Of a DNA stretch of 64,000 bases, positions 9,519 through 18,070 are shown one piece after another. How positions within the stretch are numbered: the stretch's first letter is position 1; each line of letters opens with the position of its first letter. Origin of the DNA: Deltaproteobacteria bacterium. Its GTDB lineage: Bacteria > Desulfobacterota_D > UBA1144 > Nemesobacterales > UBA2774. The position numbers were made by a program, and so were the translations under genes. Location: contig JAJCZS010000007.1 of assembly GCA_029262275.1 (NCBI GenBank), positions 382,031-446,030 on the forward strand. The letters run 5' to 3'. The notes under the pieces were generated by a model. It did not search any database and had not been told where the DNA came from. It worked only from the letters and a program-made list of their open reading frames with translations.

Positions 9519-10397
9519 TTAGCTTATTAATCCATAATCCCTGAGCACACTTTCTAGCTCTTCATAGTGTGATTGGGCCATTTCAGATAAAGGAAGTCTG
9601 TATTCATATTTGATTTTGTTCATCATGCCAAGTGCTGCTTTAATAGGAATTGGGTTTGTTTCTATAAAGAGAGCCTCGTTTAATGGTAACAGTTTGTAAT
9701 GAAGATCCCTAGCTTGTCCATATTCACCGTTCACAAAGTGGTTATAAATATCGGACACATCCTTAGGTGCAATATTTGCAGTCACAGTAATAAAACCTTG
9801 AGCCCCGATTGAGAGAAGAGGGTAGTTAAGTGCGTCTTCTCCTGAGAGAACTAGGAAGTCTTCTCCACAAAGTTGGAAAATCTTGCTTGCCTGAGGTATA
9901 GATCCTGCAGCTTCTTTTACCCCGATAATATTCTTAAAATCGGAAGCCAATCTAGCTATAGTCTCAGGATCTAAATTCACAACTGATCTTCCGGGAATGT
10001 TATAGAGAATGATAGGAATATCTACTTGAGAAGCTATTTGCTTAAAGTGCAGATAAAGCCCCTCTTGAGTAGGTTTGTTATAATAAGGAACTACTACAAG
10101 AGCTGCATCAGCTCCTATTTCTTTTGCAAAACGCGTAAGCCTTATGGCCTCTTTTGTACTGTTAGAACCTGTTCCAGCTATAACGGGGACTCTTTTATTT
10201 ACAGCCTCTACTGTAAGCTCAATAACATATTCGTGCTCTTCATGTGAAAGTGTGGGAGATTCCCCCGTGGTACCACATGGGACTATTCCATGTGTGCCAT
10301 TTTCAATTTGGAATTCTATTAGTTTCCTAAGCGCGTCTTCGTCTATCTTGCCGTTCTTAAAAGGGGTTACTATTGCCACTATTGAGCCATGAATCAT
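9519..10397 (-). CDS. dapA: 4-hydroxy-tetrahydrodipicolinate synthase.
   Basis: 292-aa protein with the DapA/DHDPS family N-terminus (AIVTPF...GTTGE). Confidence 0.85.
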   Translation of the reverse strand: MIHGSIVAIVTPFKNGKIDEDALRKLIEFQIENGTHGIVPCGTTGESPTLSHEEHEYVIELTVEAVNKRVPVIAGTGSNSTKEAIRLTRFAKEIGADAALVVVPYYNKPTQEGLYLHFKQIASQVDIPIILYNIPGRSVVNLDPETIARLASDFKNIIGVKEAAGSIPQASKIFQLCGEDFLVLSGEDALNYPLLSIGAQGFITVTANIAPKDVSDIYNHFVNGEYGQARDLHYKLLPLNEALFIETNPIPIKAALGMMNKIKYEYRLPLSEMAQSHYEELESVLRDYGLIS

Positions 10398-10473
10398 AAT
10401 AAATCTCCTCTACTTTCATTATATTTAAGCTCGGGGGTAAATCAAGGATGTCTTTGTATATTGAAATCTATAG

Positions 10474-11022
10474 TTAAAAAGCGCCCAATCTAGAGCCGCA
10501 CTCTGAACAATATTTGCTTTGGCTGAGCACCTTGCTCCCGCACTTGGTACATAGAATAAATTCATCACTTAATGTTTTAATATTGCGTGCTTTTGCATTT
10601 TCTATAGCTGCATCTATTTTCTTGTCCAAATCCTCACAATGCACAGCACCCGCTTTCATGAATTCTATTATATCTTCTTTGCCCGGGGTTGTTATAGAGA
10701 TTTTTGGCTCAGTGTTGTCGAGTTCATAGAACATCTGTGTGATATCAGAGAGCGGAATATCTCTGAATCTTTTGAAATTAGAAGAGTTTCTGGCAATTAT
10801 GATCCTATCAGTTGTGAGTATGAACCAGGAACGAAAGAAAGTGTTGCTGTCTATGAACTTCGGTGCTCTGTAGATAGCTCTGTAGTCCATAAGTGTTAAG
10901 ATTATATCTTCATCTTCCTCTAAATATTTATCAAGCCCAACTTGTATTCTTTCTGGAAGCTCTGTGTAATTAGGTGTAGCCAGGCTACCTACAAAATCTT
11001 TAATCGCATTTACAATTGCCAT
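10474..11022 (-). CDS. Hypothetical protein with a bacterial PH-like (bPH/YdbS-like) domain and a C-terminal zinc-ribbon.
   Basis: 182 aa. It ends with CTKCGSKVLSQSKYCSECGSRL (CxxC-x9-CxxC). Its stop overlaps the asd start region, so it is the downstream member of the asd transcription unit. Confidence 0.5.
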   Translation of the reverse strand: MAIVNAIKDFVGSLATPNYTELPERIQVGLDKYLEEDEDIILTLMDYRAIYRAPKFIDSNTFFRSWFILTTDRIIIARNSSNFKRFRDIPLSDITQMFYELDNTEPKISITTPGKEDIIEFMKAGAVHCEDLDKKIDAAIENAKARNIKTLSDEFILCTKCGSKVLSQSKYCSECGSRLGAF

Positions 11023-12044
11023 TATATGTAGTCTCCAATTAATAGCTCAGCTATTTGAACAGCGTTTAAGGCAGCTCCTTTTCTAAGCTGATCCCCTACA
11101 ACCCAAAAGCTAAGACCATTTTCTACAGTATAGTCTTCCCTAATTCTTCCAACTATACAATCATCCTTCCCCGCTACATCTATAGGCATAGGATATTTTA
11201 ATTCTCCCGGATCATCAACTACACTTACCCCTGGAAAGCTATTTAGGGCTTCTTTTGCTTCATCAACTGTAATCTTCTTCTCGGTTTCTATATTCACGGA
11301 AACCGAATGGGCTCGGAATACAGGTACTCTTACAGTGGTTGCCGTAAGAGCCATTTCACTATTCTCAAGAATTTTTCTTGTTTCATTATGCAGCTTCATT
11401 TCTTCTTTTGTATAGCCGTTATCAACAAAGCTGTCTATTTGAGGAAGTAGATTAAAAGCAATCTGATAAGGAAAGGCCTCAGGTTTAATCTCCTCTGAAT
11501 TAGCCCATGCAAGCGTCTGGTTTTTAAGCTCCTCTATAGCCTGTGCCCCAGCACCAGAGACTGCCTGGTAGCTTGATGCTATAACCCTTTTTATATTGCC
11601 TAAATCATGAAGGGGTTTTAGAGCCATTACTGTAACTGCAGTCGTACAGTTGGGGTTGGCTACGATCCCTTTTTTGCTATAGCCAGCAATTGCTTTGGGG
11701 TTTATTTCAGGTATTACAAGTGGAACTTCTGTGTCCATCCTAAATGCTGAGCTGTTGTCCACGACAATGGCACCTGCTCTGGCTGCTATTGGTGCGAACT
11801 CTTTGCTCCTCGAGCCACCTGCTGAAAATAGGGCGATATCTATACCTTCAAAAGAATTTTCATCCAGTTCTTGGATCTTAATCTTCTTGCCATCAAACTC
11901 AAGTTCTTTCCCCGCTGATCTCTCCGATGCTAGAAGCCTAAGCTCGCCTATAGGAAAATTTCTCTCTTTCAATATTTCCATCATTTCCTGGCCAACAGCC
12001 CCGGTTGCCCCGGCAATGGCTATGTTGTAACTATCTTTCTTCAT
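11022..12044 (-). CDS. asd: Aspartate-semialdehyde dehydrogenase.
   Basis: N-terminal IAIAGATGAVGQ Rossmann motif; 340-aa protein of Asd length and architecture. Confidence 0.85.
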   Translation of the reverse strand: MKKDSYNIAIAGATGAVGQEMMEILKERNFPIGELRLLASERSAGKELEFDGKKIKIQELDENSFEGIDIALFSAGGSRSKEFAPIAARAGAIVVDNSSAFRMDTEVPLVIPEINPKAIAGYSKKGIVANPNCTTAVTVMALKPLHDLGNIKRVIASSYQAVSGAGAQAIEELKNQTLAWANSEEIKPEAFPYQIAFNLLPQIDSFVDNGYTKEEMKLHNETRKILENSEMALTATTVRVPVFRAHSVSVNIETEKKITVDEAKEALNSFPGVSVVDDPGELKYPMPIDVAGKDDCIVGRIREDYTVENGLSFWVVGDQLRKGAALNAVQIAELLIGDYI

Positions 12045-12063
12045 TTAAATCTCCAATTAGCAA

Positions 12064-12507
12064 TTATCTTGAATATTTTCTTTCAATTTCTTGCACTTTA
12101 TCAATGTTTATTTTCTCTTCTTCTTCCGGGCTCGACTTAAACCAAGCCTCCAGTATTTCCTTAGCTACAATTTGCGAAGTTGCCCTTAGGCTCATCGCAA
12201 GCACATTTGCGTCGTTCCATTTTCTGGCCCCCTCTGCGGTCTGTGCATCCGTGCATAGGGCAGCTCTTATACCTGGGACCTTATTTGCAGCAATGCTTAC
12301 TCCAGTGCCTGTCCAGCAAAAGAGTATACCCTGGTCACTTGAGCCTTCTTTAACTCTTTCTGAGACCTTGTGAGCAACGTCTGTCCACTGTATGTCTTCT
12401 CCCCTAAGTGGTCCATAAAGCTCAAGCTCATGCCCTTGGTTCTTCAATTCCTCAACCACAAAGTCGGTCAGATTAGTTCGCTCATCACTTCCAACTGCAA
12501 TCTTCAT
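12064..12507 (-). CDS. rpiB: Ribose-5-phosphate isomerase B (RpiB/LacAB family).
   Basis: 147-aa protein with an MKIAVGSDE N-terminus typical of RpiB. Confidence 0.8.
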   Translation of the reverse strand: MKIAVGSDERTNLTDFVVEELKNQGHELELYGPLRGEDIQWTDVAHKVSERVKEGSSDQGILFCWTGTGVSIAANKVPGIRAALCTDAQTAEGARKWNDANVLAMSLRATSQIVAKEILEAWFKSSPEEEEKINIDKVQEIERKYSR

Positions 12508-12649
12508 TCTAAATTCCTCATTAAATGTATGAAGGACTAGTTTAAATAAGTTATGTTAGCCCTTCAAGTTAGGGACTGAATTGCATATGTCTTTAGTTTC
12601 AAGTAGCAACTTAATTGTGCCCTTTAACTCTCCGTAAATACTGAACTAT

Positions 12650-13036
12650 TTACCTTGTGATGCTTAATAGGTATTTTGAAGCCAAATAACCAATAAATAC
12701 TAAACCTATTCCTCCAATATTGCTGATCAGTATATTTATAATTCCGTACTTTATCTGTCCTTCTTTAAAGAGATGGAAGCTCTCAATTCCAAAAGTAGAG
12801 AATGTTGTAAAAGCTCCAAGGATACCAATAAATATAAATGCCCTAGTATTAGGTGAGTGAGCAATGTTTTCAAATACATTCCACAAAACACCTATTGCAA
12901 AGCATCCGATCAGGTTTACTGCAAGCGTTCCCCAGGGAAGTGCCCCCTCAAAACTTTTATATGCATACCCCGAAATTGAATAGCGCAGTATTGCTCCCAC
13001 TGCCCCCCCAATTGCTATGTATATGATTGTAGACAT
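12650..13036 (-). CDS. crcB: Fluoride ion channel CrcB/Fluc.
   Basis: 128-aa protein with four TM segments and the CrcB family pattern (GGxxGAxxRY). Confidence 0.8.
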   Translation of the reverse strand: MSTIIYIAIGGAVGAILRYSISGYAYKSFEGALPWGTLAVNLIGCFAIGVLWNVFENIAHSPNTRAFIFIGILGAFTTFSTFGIESFHLFKEGQIKYGIINILISNIGGIGLVFIGYLASKYLLSITR

Positions 13037-13132
13037 TAGATTTCCTTATCTTAATATCCGGTACTCTGGATTGGAGGAAAATGATAACATATAATTTATC
13101 TTTTGTGATTTTAGACTATAAAGGAGATCATA

Positions 13133-13894
13133 GTGTCTTGGAATCCCGAGCTGTATCATAAATTTCAAAAAGAGCGTTTCGCACCTTTTCAGGATTTAAT
13201 GAATTTAATAGTGGTTAGAGAGGGGATAAATGTTCTGGACTTAGGATGCGGGACAGGTGAATTGACACAGATGGTGTCAGATAAGCTACCGCGTAGCAGA
13301 GTTTTGGGCTTAGATAGTTCAGACAATATGCTTGAGGAAGCATCTCAAAAGAGCAGGCCGGGTTTAACCTTTGAATTGTGCCCAATTGAGAAAGCAGAAG
13401 GTAAGTGGGATCTTGTTTTTTCAAACGCGGCTATACAATGGGTAGATAATCATAAGGAGTTAATTCCAAAACTCACAACTCTACTCAATCCCAACGGCCA
13501 AATAGCTATACAAATGCCAGCAAATCATAATCATCCGACTCAGACAATCATGGTAGAAATTGCAGGACAAGAGCCATATCGTAGTGCACTCGGAGGTTGG
13601 CAGAGGCAGTGGCCGGTTCTTTCAATAAAGGAATATGCTGAGCTTCTCTATGAATGTGGTGCTAAGGAGATTAATGTCTTTGAGAAGATTTATCCTCATG
13701 TCCTTCAAGATGTTGATGCTATAGTAGAGTGGCTTTCTGGCACAGCTTTGCTTCCTTATTTTGAGCGTCTGCCAAAGGAGCTTCATAATGATTTTGTAGC
13801 TGATTACAAAGAGCGCCTTTGTAATTTATACCCTGAAGTACCAGTGTTCTTTCCGTATCAACGTATATTCTTTAGTGCAAGATGGCCTGAGTAG
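13133..13894 (+). CDS. tam: Class I SAM-dependent methyltransferase, trans-aconitate 2-methyltransferase (Tam)-like.
   Basis: SAM-binding motif VLDLGCGTGE. Tam-like N-terminus (WNPELYHKF..ERFAPFQDL). GTG start with an AAGGAG ribosome-binding site. Confidence 0.65.
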   Translation: MSWNPELYHKFQKERFAPFQDLMNLIVVREGINVLDLGCGTGELTQMVSDKLPRSRVLGLDSSDNMLEEASQKSRPGLTFELCPIEKAEGKWDLVFSNAAIQWVDNHKELIPKLTTLLNPNGQIAIQMPANHNHPTQTIMVEIAGQEPYRSALGGWQRQWPVLSIKEYAELLYECGAKEINVFEKIYPHVLQDVDAIVEWLSGTALLPYFERLPKELHNDFVADYKERLCNLYPEVPVFFPYQRIFFSARWPE

Positions 13895-13962
13895 TATTGT
13901 TAAATTGAATTAAAAAAAGTAATATTCAAAAAGAAATCTAAACCCCGAAAAGGAGTACATAA

Positions 13963-14691
13963 GTGTCTGAGGCAACATTCTCTGAAAAAAAGTTTTCTAA
14001 AGAACAGGCGATAAAGTTTGGCTGGCAAAGAATGAAAGACAATCTTGGTTTTTTTATTGTCTATTTGGTCATTCTTTTTCTTATTGAATTTTTCTTTAGT
14101 TTTTTCATAAGTTTGTTTGGCGACAAAATTACTTCTCTCTCTTTAATTTTCAACTTAGGATCGTTTGTAGTGACAATAGTTTCGTCAATATTCGCTATTA
14201 AGATTGGACTTAAGCTATATGATAATGAAAGAATAGGCTCTTATGACTTTTTGTCTTTCACAAGATCCACATTCTTTAAGTTTTTACTGGCCTACATCCT
14301 ATATACAATCATGATCCTAATTGGTTTTATATTGTTAATTGTGCCTGGAATATATCTGGCAATTAAATACCAGTATTTTGGATACTTAATAGTTGATAAG
14401 GATATGGATGTGATTGAAGCATTTAAAGAGAGCGGGAGAATGACCAAGGGACATAAGTGGAATTTATTTTCCCTTTTTATATTGCTTATATTAATAGTGA
14501 TGGCTGGAGCTCTTGTTTTTCTTGTAGGTCTTTTTGTCGCAATTCCTATAGTAATGGTTGCATGGGCTTATGTTTATAAGAAGTTGTCATCTGACACCTC
14601 ATCTGACGTAGCACATGCCTCTCCTCCACCAATTCCAAATCAAAGCGATATAGTGCAATCAGATAATTCGTTTCAGGCTCCTGGTAGTTAG
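13963..14691 (+). CDS. Polytopic membrane protein of unknown function (DUF975/GP-PDE membrane-domain-like) with a Pro-rich C-terminal tail.
   Basis: 242-aa protein with about 5 TM helices. GTG start with an AAGGAG ribosome-binding site. The tail is PPPIPNQSD. Confidence 0.45.
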   Translation: MSEATFSEKKFSKEQAIKFGWQRMKDNLGFFIVYLVILFLIEFFFSFFISLFGDKITSLSLIFNLGSFVVTIVSSIFAIKIGLKLYDNERIGSYDFLSFTRSTFFKFLLAYILYTIMILIGFILLIVPGIYLAIKYQYFGYLIVDKDMDVIEAFKESGRMTKGHKWNLFSLFILLILIVMAGALVFLVGLFVAIPIVMVAWAYVYKKLSSDTSSDVAHASPPPIPNQSDIVQSDNSFQAPGS

Positions 14692-14722
14692 TAGTTAATA
14701 TTGCTTAAGGTGAGTAAAGCCA

Positions 14723-15298
14723 ATGAGTGAACATTTTAGGCTTATAGTTGATGATCAGAGTGAGCTTGAGCTGCTTAATCAGGACCATGCAGAAGAGCTA
14801 TTCGAGTTAATCGAGGCGAACAGAGAGTTTCTCAAACAGTGGCTTCCCTGGCTTGATAACAACCGTTATCTCCAAAACACAATTGATTTTATCAAAATAA
14901 CTCAGATGCAATATGAAAGAAATGAGACAGTACAATTTGCTCTTGTTCATAAGGGGAAAATTGCGGGAATAGTCGGATTTCATAGAATAGATTGGTTAAA
15001 CCGTGCAACAGCCATCGGTTACTGGATAGGAGAGCAGTATCAAGGAAAAGGACTGGTTACTAAGTCCTGCTCTAAAGTTCTAGATTATTCGTTTGGCAGG
15101 ATGGGGCTTAATAGAATAGAGATAAGATGTGCTAGTGATAATATAAGAAGCAGGGCAATACCAGAGAGGTTGGGGTTTAAAGAGGAAGGGCTTATCAGGG
15201 AAGCGGAATGGTTATACGATCATTACTTGGACCATGTTATATACGGAATGCTGGAATCGCAGTGGCTCAGCAATGAGAAATTAGTTCTCAGTAGATAG
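14723..15298 (+). CDS. GNAT family N-acetyltransferase (RimJ/RimL-like).
   Basis: 191-aa protein with a GNAT acetyl-CoA binding region (QGKGLVTKSCSKVLDYSF). Confidence 0.7.
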   Translation: MSEHFRLIVDDQSELELLNQDHAEELFELIEANREFLKQWLPWLDNNRYLQNTIDFIKITQMQYERNETVQFALVHKGKIAGIVGFHRIDWLNRATAIGYWIGEQYQGKGLVTKSCSKVLDYSFGRMGLNRIEIRCASDNIRSRAIPERLGFKEEGLIREAEWLYDHYLDHVIYGMLESQWLSNEKLVLSR

Positions 15299-15327
15299 AT
15301 TCTGCCGCTGCATTTAGTGAGATAAAA

Positions 15328-16044
15328 ATGTTTGAGAAAATATTTGCCCAAATTCAGGAAGAGCTGGATTTAAATGCGGACCAGAAATATAGAGAGAAGA
15401 TTCGTGATCATTTCAAGATGGATGTTTCTAACTTTCTTGGAGTAAGAATTCCTCTTGTCAGAAAAATTGCTGATAAGTATTTCAGAGAATTAAAAGGGCT
15501 GGAAATAGATGAAATTCTAAAGCTCTGCAACCAACTACTAGAAACTAAAATTTATGAGCATAAGGTAATTGCCTTTCAGTGGAGTTTTAAACACAAAAAC
15601 AAATATCAAAAAAAACATTTTAAGGTCTTTGAAGGGTGGCTAAAGACATATGTTGATGATTGGAGTGATTGTGATGACCTTTGTACTCATACACTAGGAT
15701 CTTTTATAGATCGTTTCCCAGAATTTATTCCCAATGTAAAAACTTGGACCGAATCAAAAAGCAGATGGCTTAGAAGAGCTTCTGCAGTCACTTTTATATT
15801 TATGGCAAGAAAAGGAGAGCACTTGGATACCGTATTCGAAATAGCATCTACATTGCTCTTAGATGAAGATGATCTGGTTCAGAAGGGTTATGGCTGGATG
15901 CTTAAAGAGTCCAGTAAAGCTTATCCTGACGAAGTCTTTGAATTCGTTATGAAGAATAAAGAAGTGATGCCCAGAACAGCTCTTAGATATGCAATTGAAA
16001 AGTTGCCTGCTGAATATAAGAAGGCTGCAATGAAAAAGGCTTAA
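15328..16044 (+). CDS. DNA alkylation repair enzyme (AlkD/AlkC-like HEAT-repeat DNA glycosylase).
   Basis: 238-aa all-helical protein whose N-terminal pattern matches the DNA_alkylation family. Confidence 0.55.
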   Translation: MFEKIFAQIQEELDLNADQKYREKIRDHFKMDVSNFLGVRIPLVRKIADKYFRELKGLEIDEILKLCNQLLETKIYEHKVIAFQWSFKHKNKYQKKHFKVFEGWLKTYVDDWSDCDDLCTHTLGSFIDRFPEFIPNVKTWTESKSRWLRRASAVTFIFMARKGEHLDTVFEIASTLLLDEDDLVQKGYGWMLKESSKAYPDEVFEFVMKNKEVMPRTALRYAIEKLPAEYKKAAMKKA

Positions 16045-16151
16045 TAGTTTAAGTTAAAAAAACGCCCTCCCATGCTGAAAAACAGACATAAGAGGGCTTA
16101 AGAGAAGCAAAAGGCAAGATTTAGTCAAATACCAAAACAATTCAGAGGAAA

Positions 16152-16179
16152 CTATGCATGTTTATTCTTGAATGCATAG
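16152..16179. promoter_or_regulatory. Perfect 8-bp inverted repeat with a 12-nt spacer, lying between convergent genes.
   Basis: CTATGCAT-gtttattcttga-ATGCATAG, read directly from the sequence. Confidence 0.35.
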
Positions 16180-16306
16180 TCCACATCTCTCTACAATCAT
16201 ATTAGACTATTTTAACATGTTCTAGCAAGGTTTAATTTGGTTGGTCAAAAAAGACTGGTGTAAGCTTGTTCTATAATACTAAAGTATTGCGTTGTTGGTA
16301 GCTAAT

Positions 16307-17068
16307 TTACTTGGCGCTCAAACCACCGTCTACAGAGAGCATCGTCCCAGTCATGAAGCTAACATTATCATCACAAAGGAATAAAACCGCGGGTGCTATT
16401 TCTTCAGGTACTGCAAGACGGCCAATTGGATGTACAGAGATATAGCGCTCAATCGCGGCTTCTTTATCACCCCACTGCTCAAACATTTCTTCTGCTAAAG
16501 GTGTATGTACTGTTCCCAAACATATGGCATTTACACGTATACCTTTATCTGCGTACTCAAGTGCCATGCTTCTTGTAAGCTGGTTTACAGCACCCTTTGA
16601 TGAGTTGTATGCAGCAAACCCGGGAGAGGCCTTAAGACCCAAGATTGAAGAGTTATTAACTATTATTCCGTAGCCTTGCTCTAACATATTGGGGATTGCA
16701 TATTTAGACATAAGATACATACCCCTTACGTTCACATTGAATGTATTGCACCACTGCTCTGTAGTTGTTTCATGGGTTATTTCCTTATATAGAACTCCGG
16801 CGTTGTTAAAGAGTATGTCTATACGCCCGAATTTGTTCATGGCATAGTCAACTGCAGCTTTACAGTCTTCTTCTTTTGATACATCGCTTACGAGATGTTC
16901 AATATCAGAATTTTGTTTCTTAGCTTCATTGGCTGCTTCCTGTAGAACTTGTTCCCTGCGCCCAGTGATAATTACTTTTGCTCCTTCCTTAGCAAATAGT
17001 AATGCTGTAGCTTTGCCTACCCCAGTTCCGCCCCCAGTAATTAAAGCAACTTTTTCTTTTAGTTTCAT
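16307..17068 (-). CDS. Short-chain dehydrogenase/reductase (SDR), FabG-like.
   Basis: TGGGTGVG cofactor motif, NNAG motif, and the YxxxK catalytic pair (YNSSK). Confidence 0.8.
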   Translation of the reverse strand: MKLKEKVALITGGGTGVGKATALLFAKEGAKVIITGRREQVLQEAANEAKKQNSDIEHLVSDVSKEEDCKAAVDYAMNKFGRIDILFNNAGVLYKEITHETTTEQWCNTFNVNVRGMYLMSKYAIPNMLEQGYGIIVNNSSILGLKASPGFAAYNSSKGAVNQLTRSMALEYADKGIRVNAICLGTVHTPLAEEMFEQWGDKEAAIERYISVHPIGRLAVPEEIAPAVLFLCDDNVSFMTGTMLSVDGGLSAK

Positions 17069-17182
17069 AGGAGAAATATTATGTACGTCTATTAATACTT
17101 AATCAATATTACTTTTAACAGAATTTCTATTAAAATATGGATATAATATCTACCCATTAATACAATTCTAAAAGATTTGTAA

Positions 17183-18070
17183 TTGACTATCTCTATGAGC
17201 AGAAGAAATCTAAAATTCTATAAAGGTCCTGATAGAACTGCTGTCACTCTTTTAATAGTTATAGCAGTAATTATGGGCTCGTTATTAATAATAAATATTC
17301 TCAAAGGCAAGGGGTCAGACATATCCGGTTCTCCATCTCTTGAGTTTTTAATTTCCGGAGAAGTTATTAAAGATATGGATTTGGGGGAACTAAAAGAAAA
17401 TCTAGATACTCAGAAGATCTCATTCTACGACCCTAATTACAAGAAAGAAAAACGGTATCAAGGATTTGCTTTAGTAGATGTATTGGAGCTAGGTTTTGGA
17501 GAGCAGTGGAAAAGTTATAACTATACGGACGTCACTTTTGAAGCACTCGATGGTTATACCGCAGTCTCTTCAACATCCAAACTAACAGAGCCCGGGGGAT
17601 ATATAGTTTTTGAAGATCTAGATTTTAAGGATTGGGAGCCAGTCAGTATTAAGCAAGCCGATCCGGGCCCGTACTACCTAGTTTGGACTGGTAAAGATCA
17701 AACAGCAGCTAATGGATATCCCTGGCCCTGGGAGCTTTCATCTATGAATCTAGTTAAGTTTGAAGACCAGTACTCTGCTGTTTTCCCCTCGGGAGTCTCG
17801 GTGGGTTCATCTGTTTATAAGGGATATCAAATTTTTAAAGGAAGATGTATTAGATGCCATGCTATGAATGGGGAGGGAGGTAAGATAGCACCTGACTTAA
17901 ATGCTCCTCAAAGTATAGTTTCTTACCGGAACACGTATATGATTAAGGAGTTCATAAAAAATCCTTCCAAATACCGCTACACGCAAATGCCCGATCATCC
18001 AGATTTATCGGAGCAGAATTTAGATAACCTTATCTCTTACTTTAAATATATGGATGAGATAAGAAACTAG
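17183..18070 (+). CDS. Membrane-anchored protein with a C-terminal monoheme cytochrome c domain.
   Basis: N-terminal TM helix, then CIRCHAMNGEGG (CxxCH) near the C-terminus. The ORF-track start is TTG at 17183; an in-frame ATG lies at 17195. Confidence 0.5.
   Translation: MTISMSRRNLKFYKGPDRTAVTLLIVIAVIMGSLLIINILKGKGSDISGSPSLEFLISGEVIKDMDLGELKENLDTQKISFYDPNYKKEKRYQGFALVDVLELGFGEQWKSYNYTDVTFEALDGYTAVSSTSKLTEPGGYIVFEDLDFKDWEPVSIKQADPGPYYLVWTGKDQTAANGYPWPWELSSMNLVKFEDQYSAVFPSGVSVGSSVYKGYQIFKGRCIRCHAMNGEGGKIAPDLNAPQSIVSYRNTYMIKEFIKNPSKYRYTQMPDHPDLSEQNLDNLISYFKYMDEIRN

Noticed and set aside
13037-13132. Possible fluoride riboswitch upstream of crcB.
   Set aside because: I read both strands and did not see the conserved pseudoknot and 3' motif elements. 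I kept it as a finding to be checked with a covariance model rather than as a feature.
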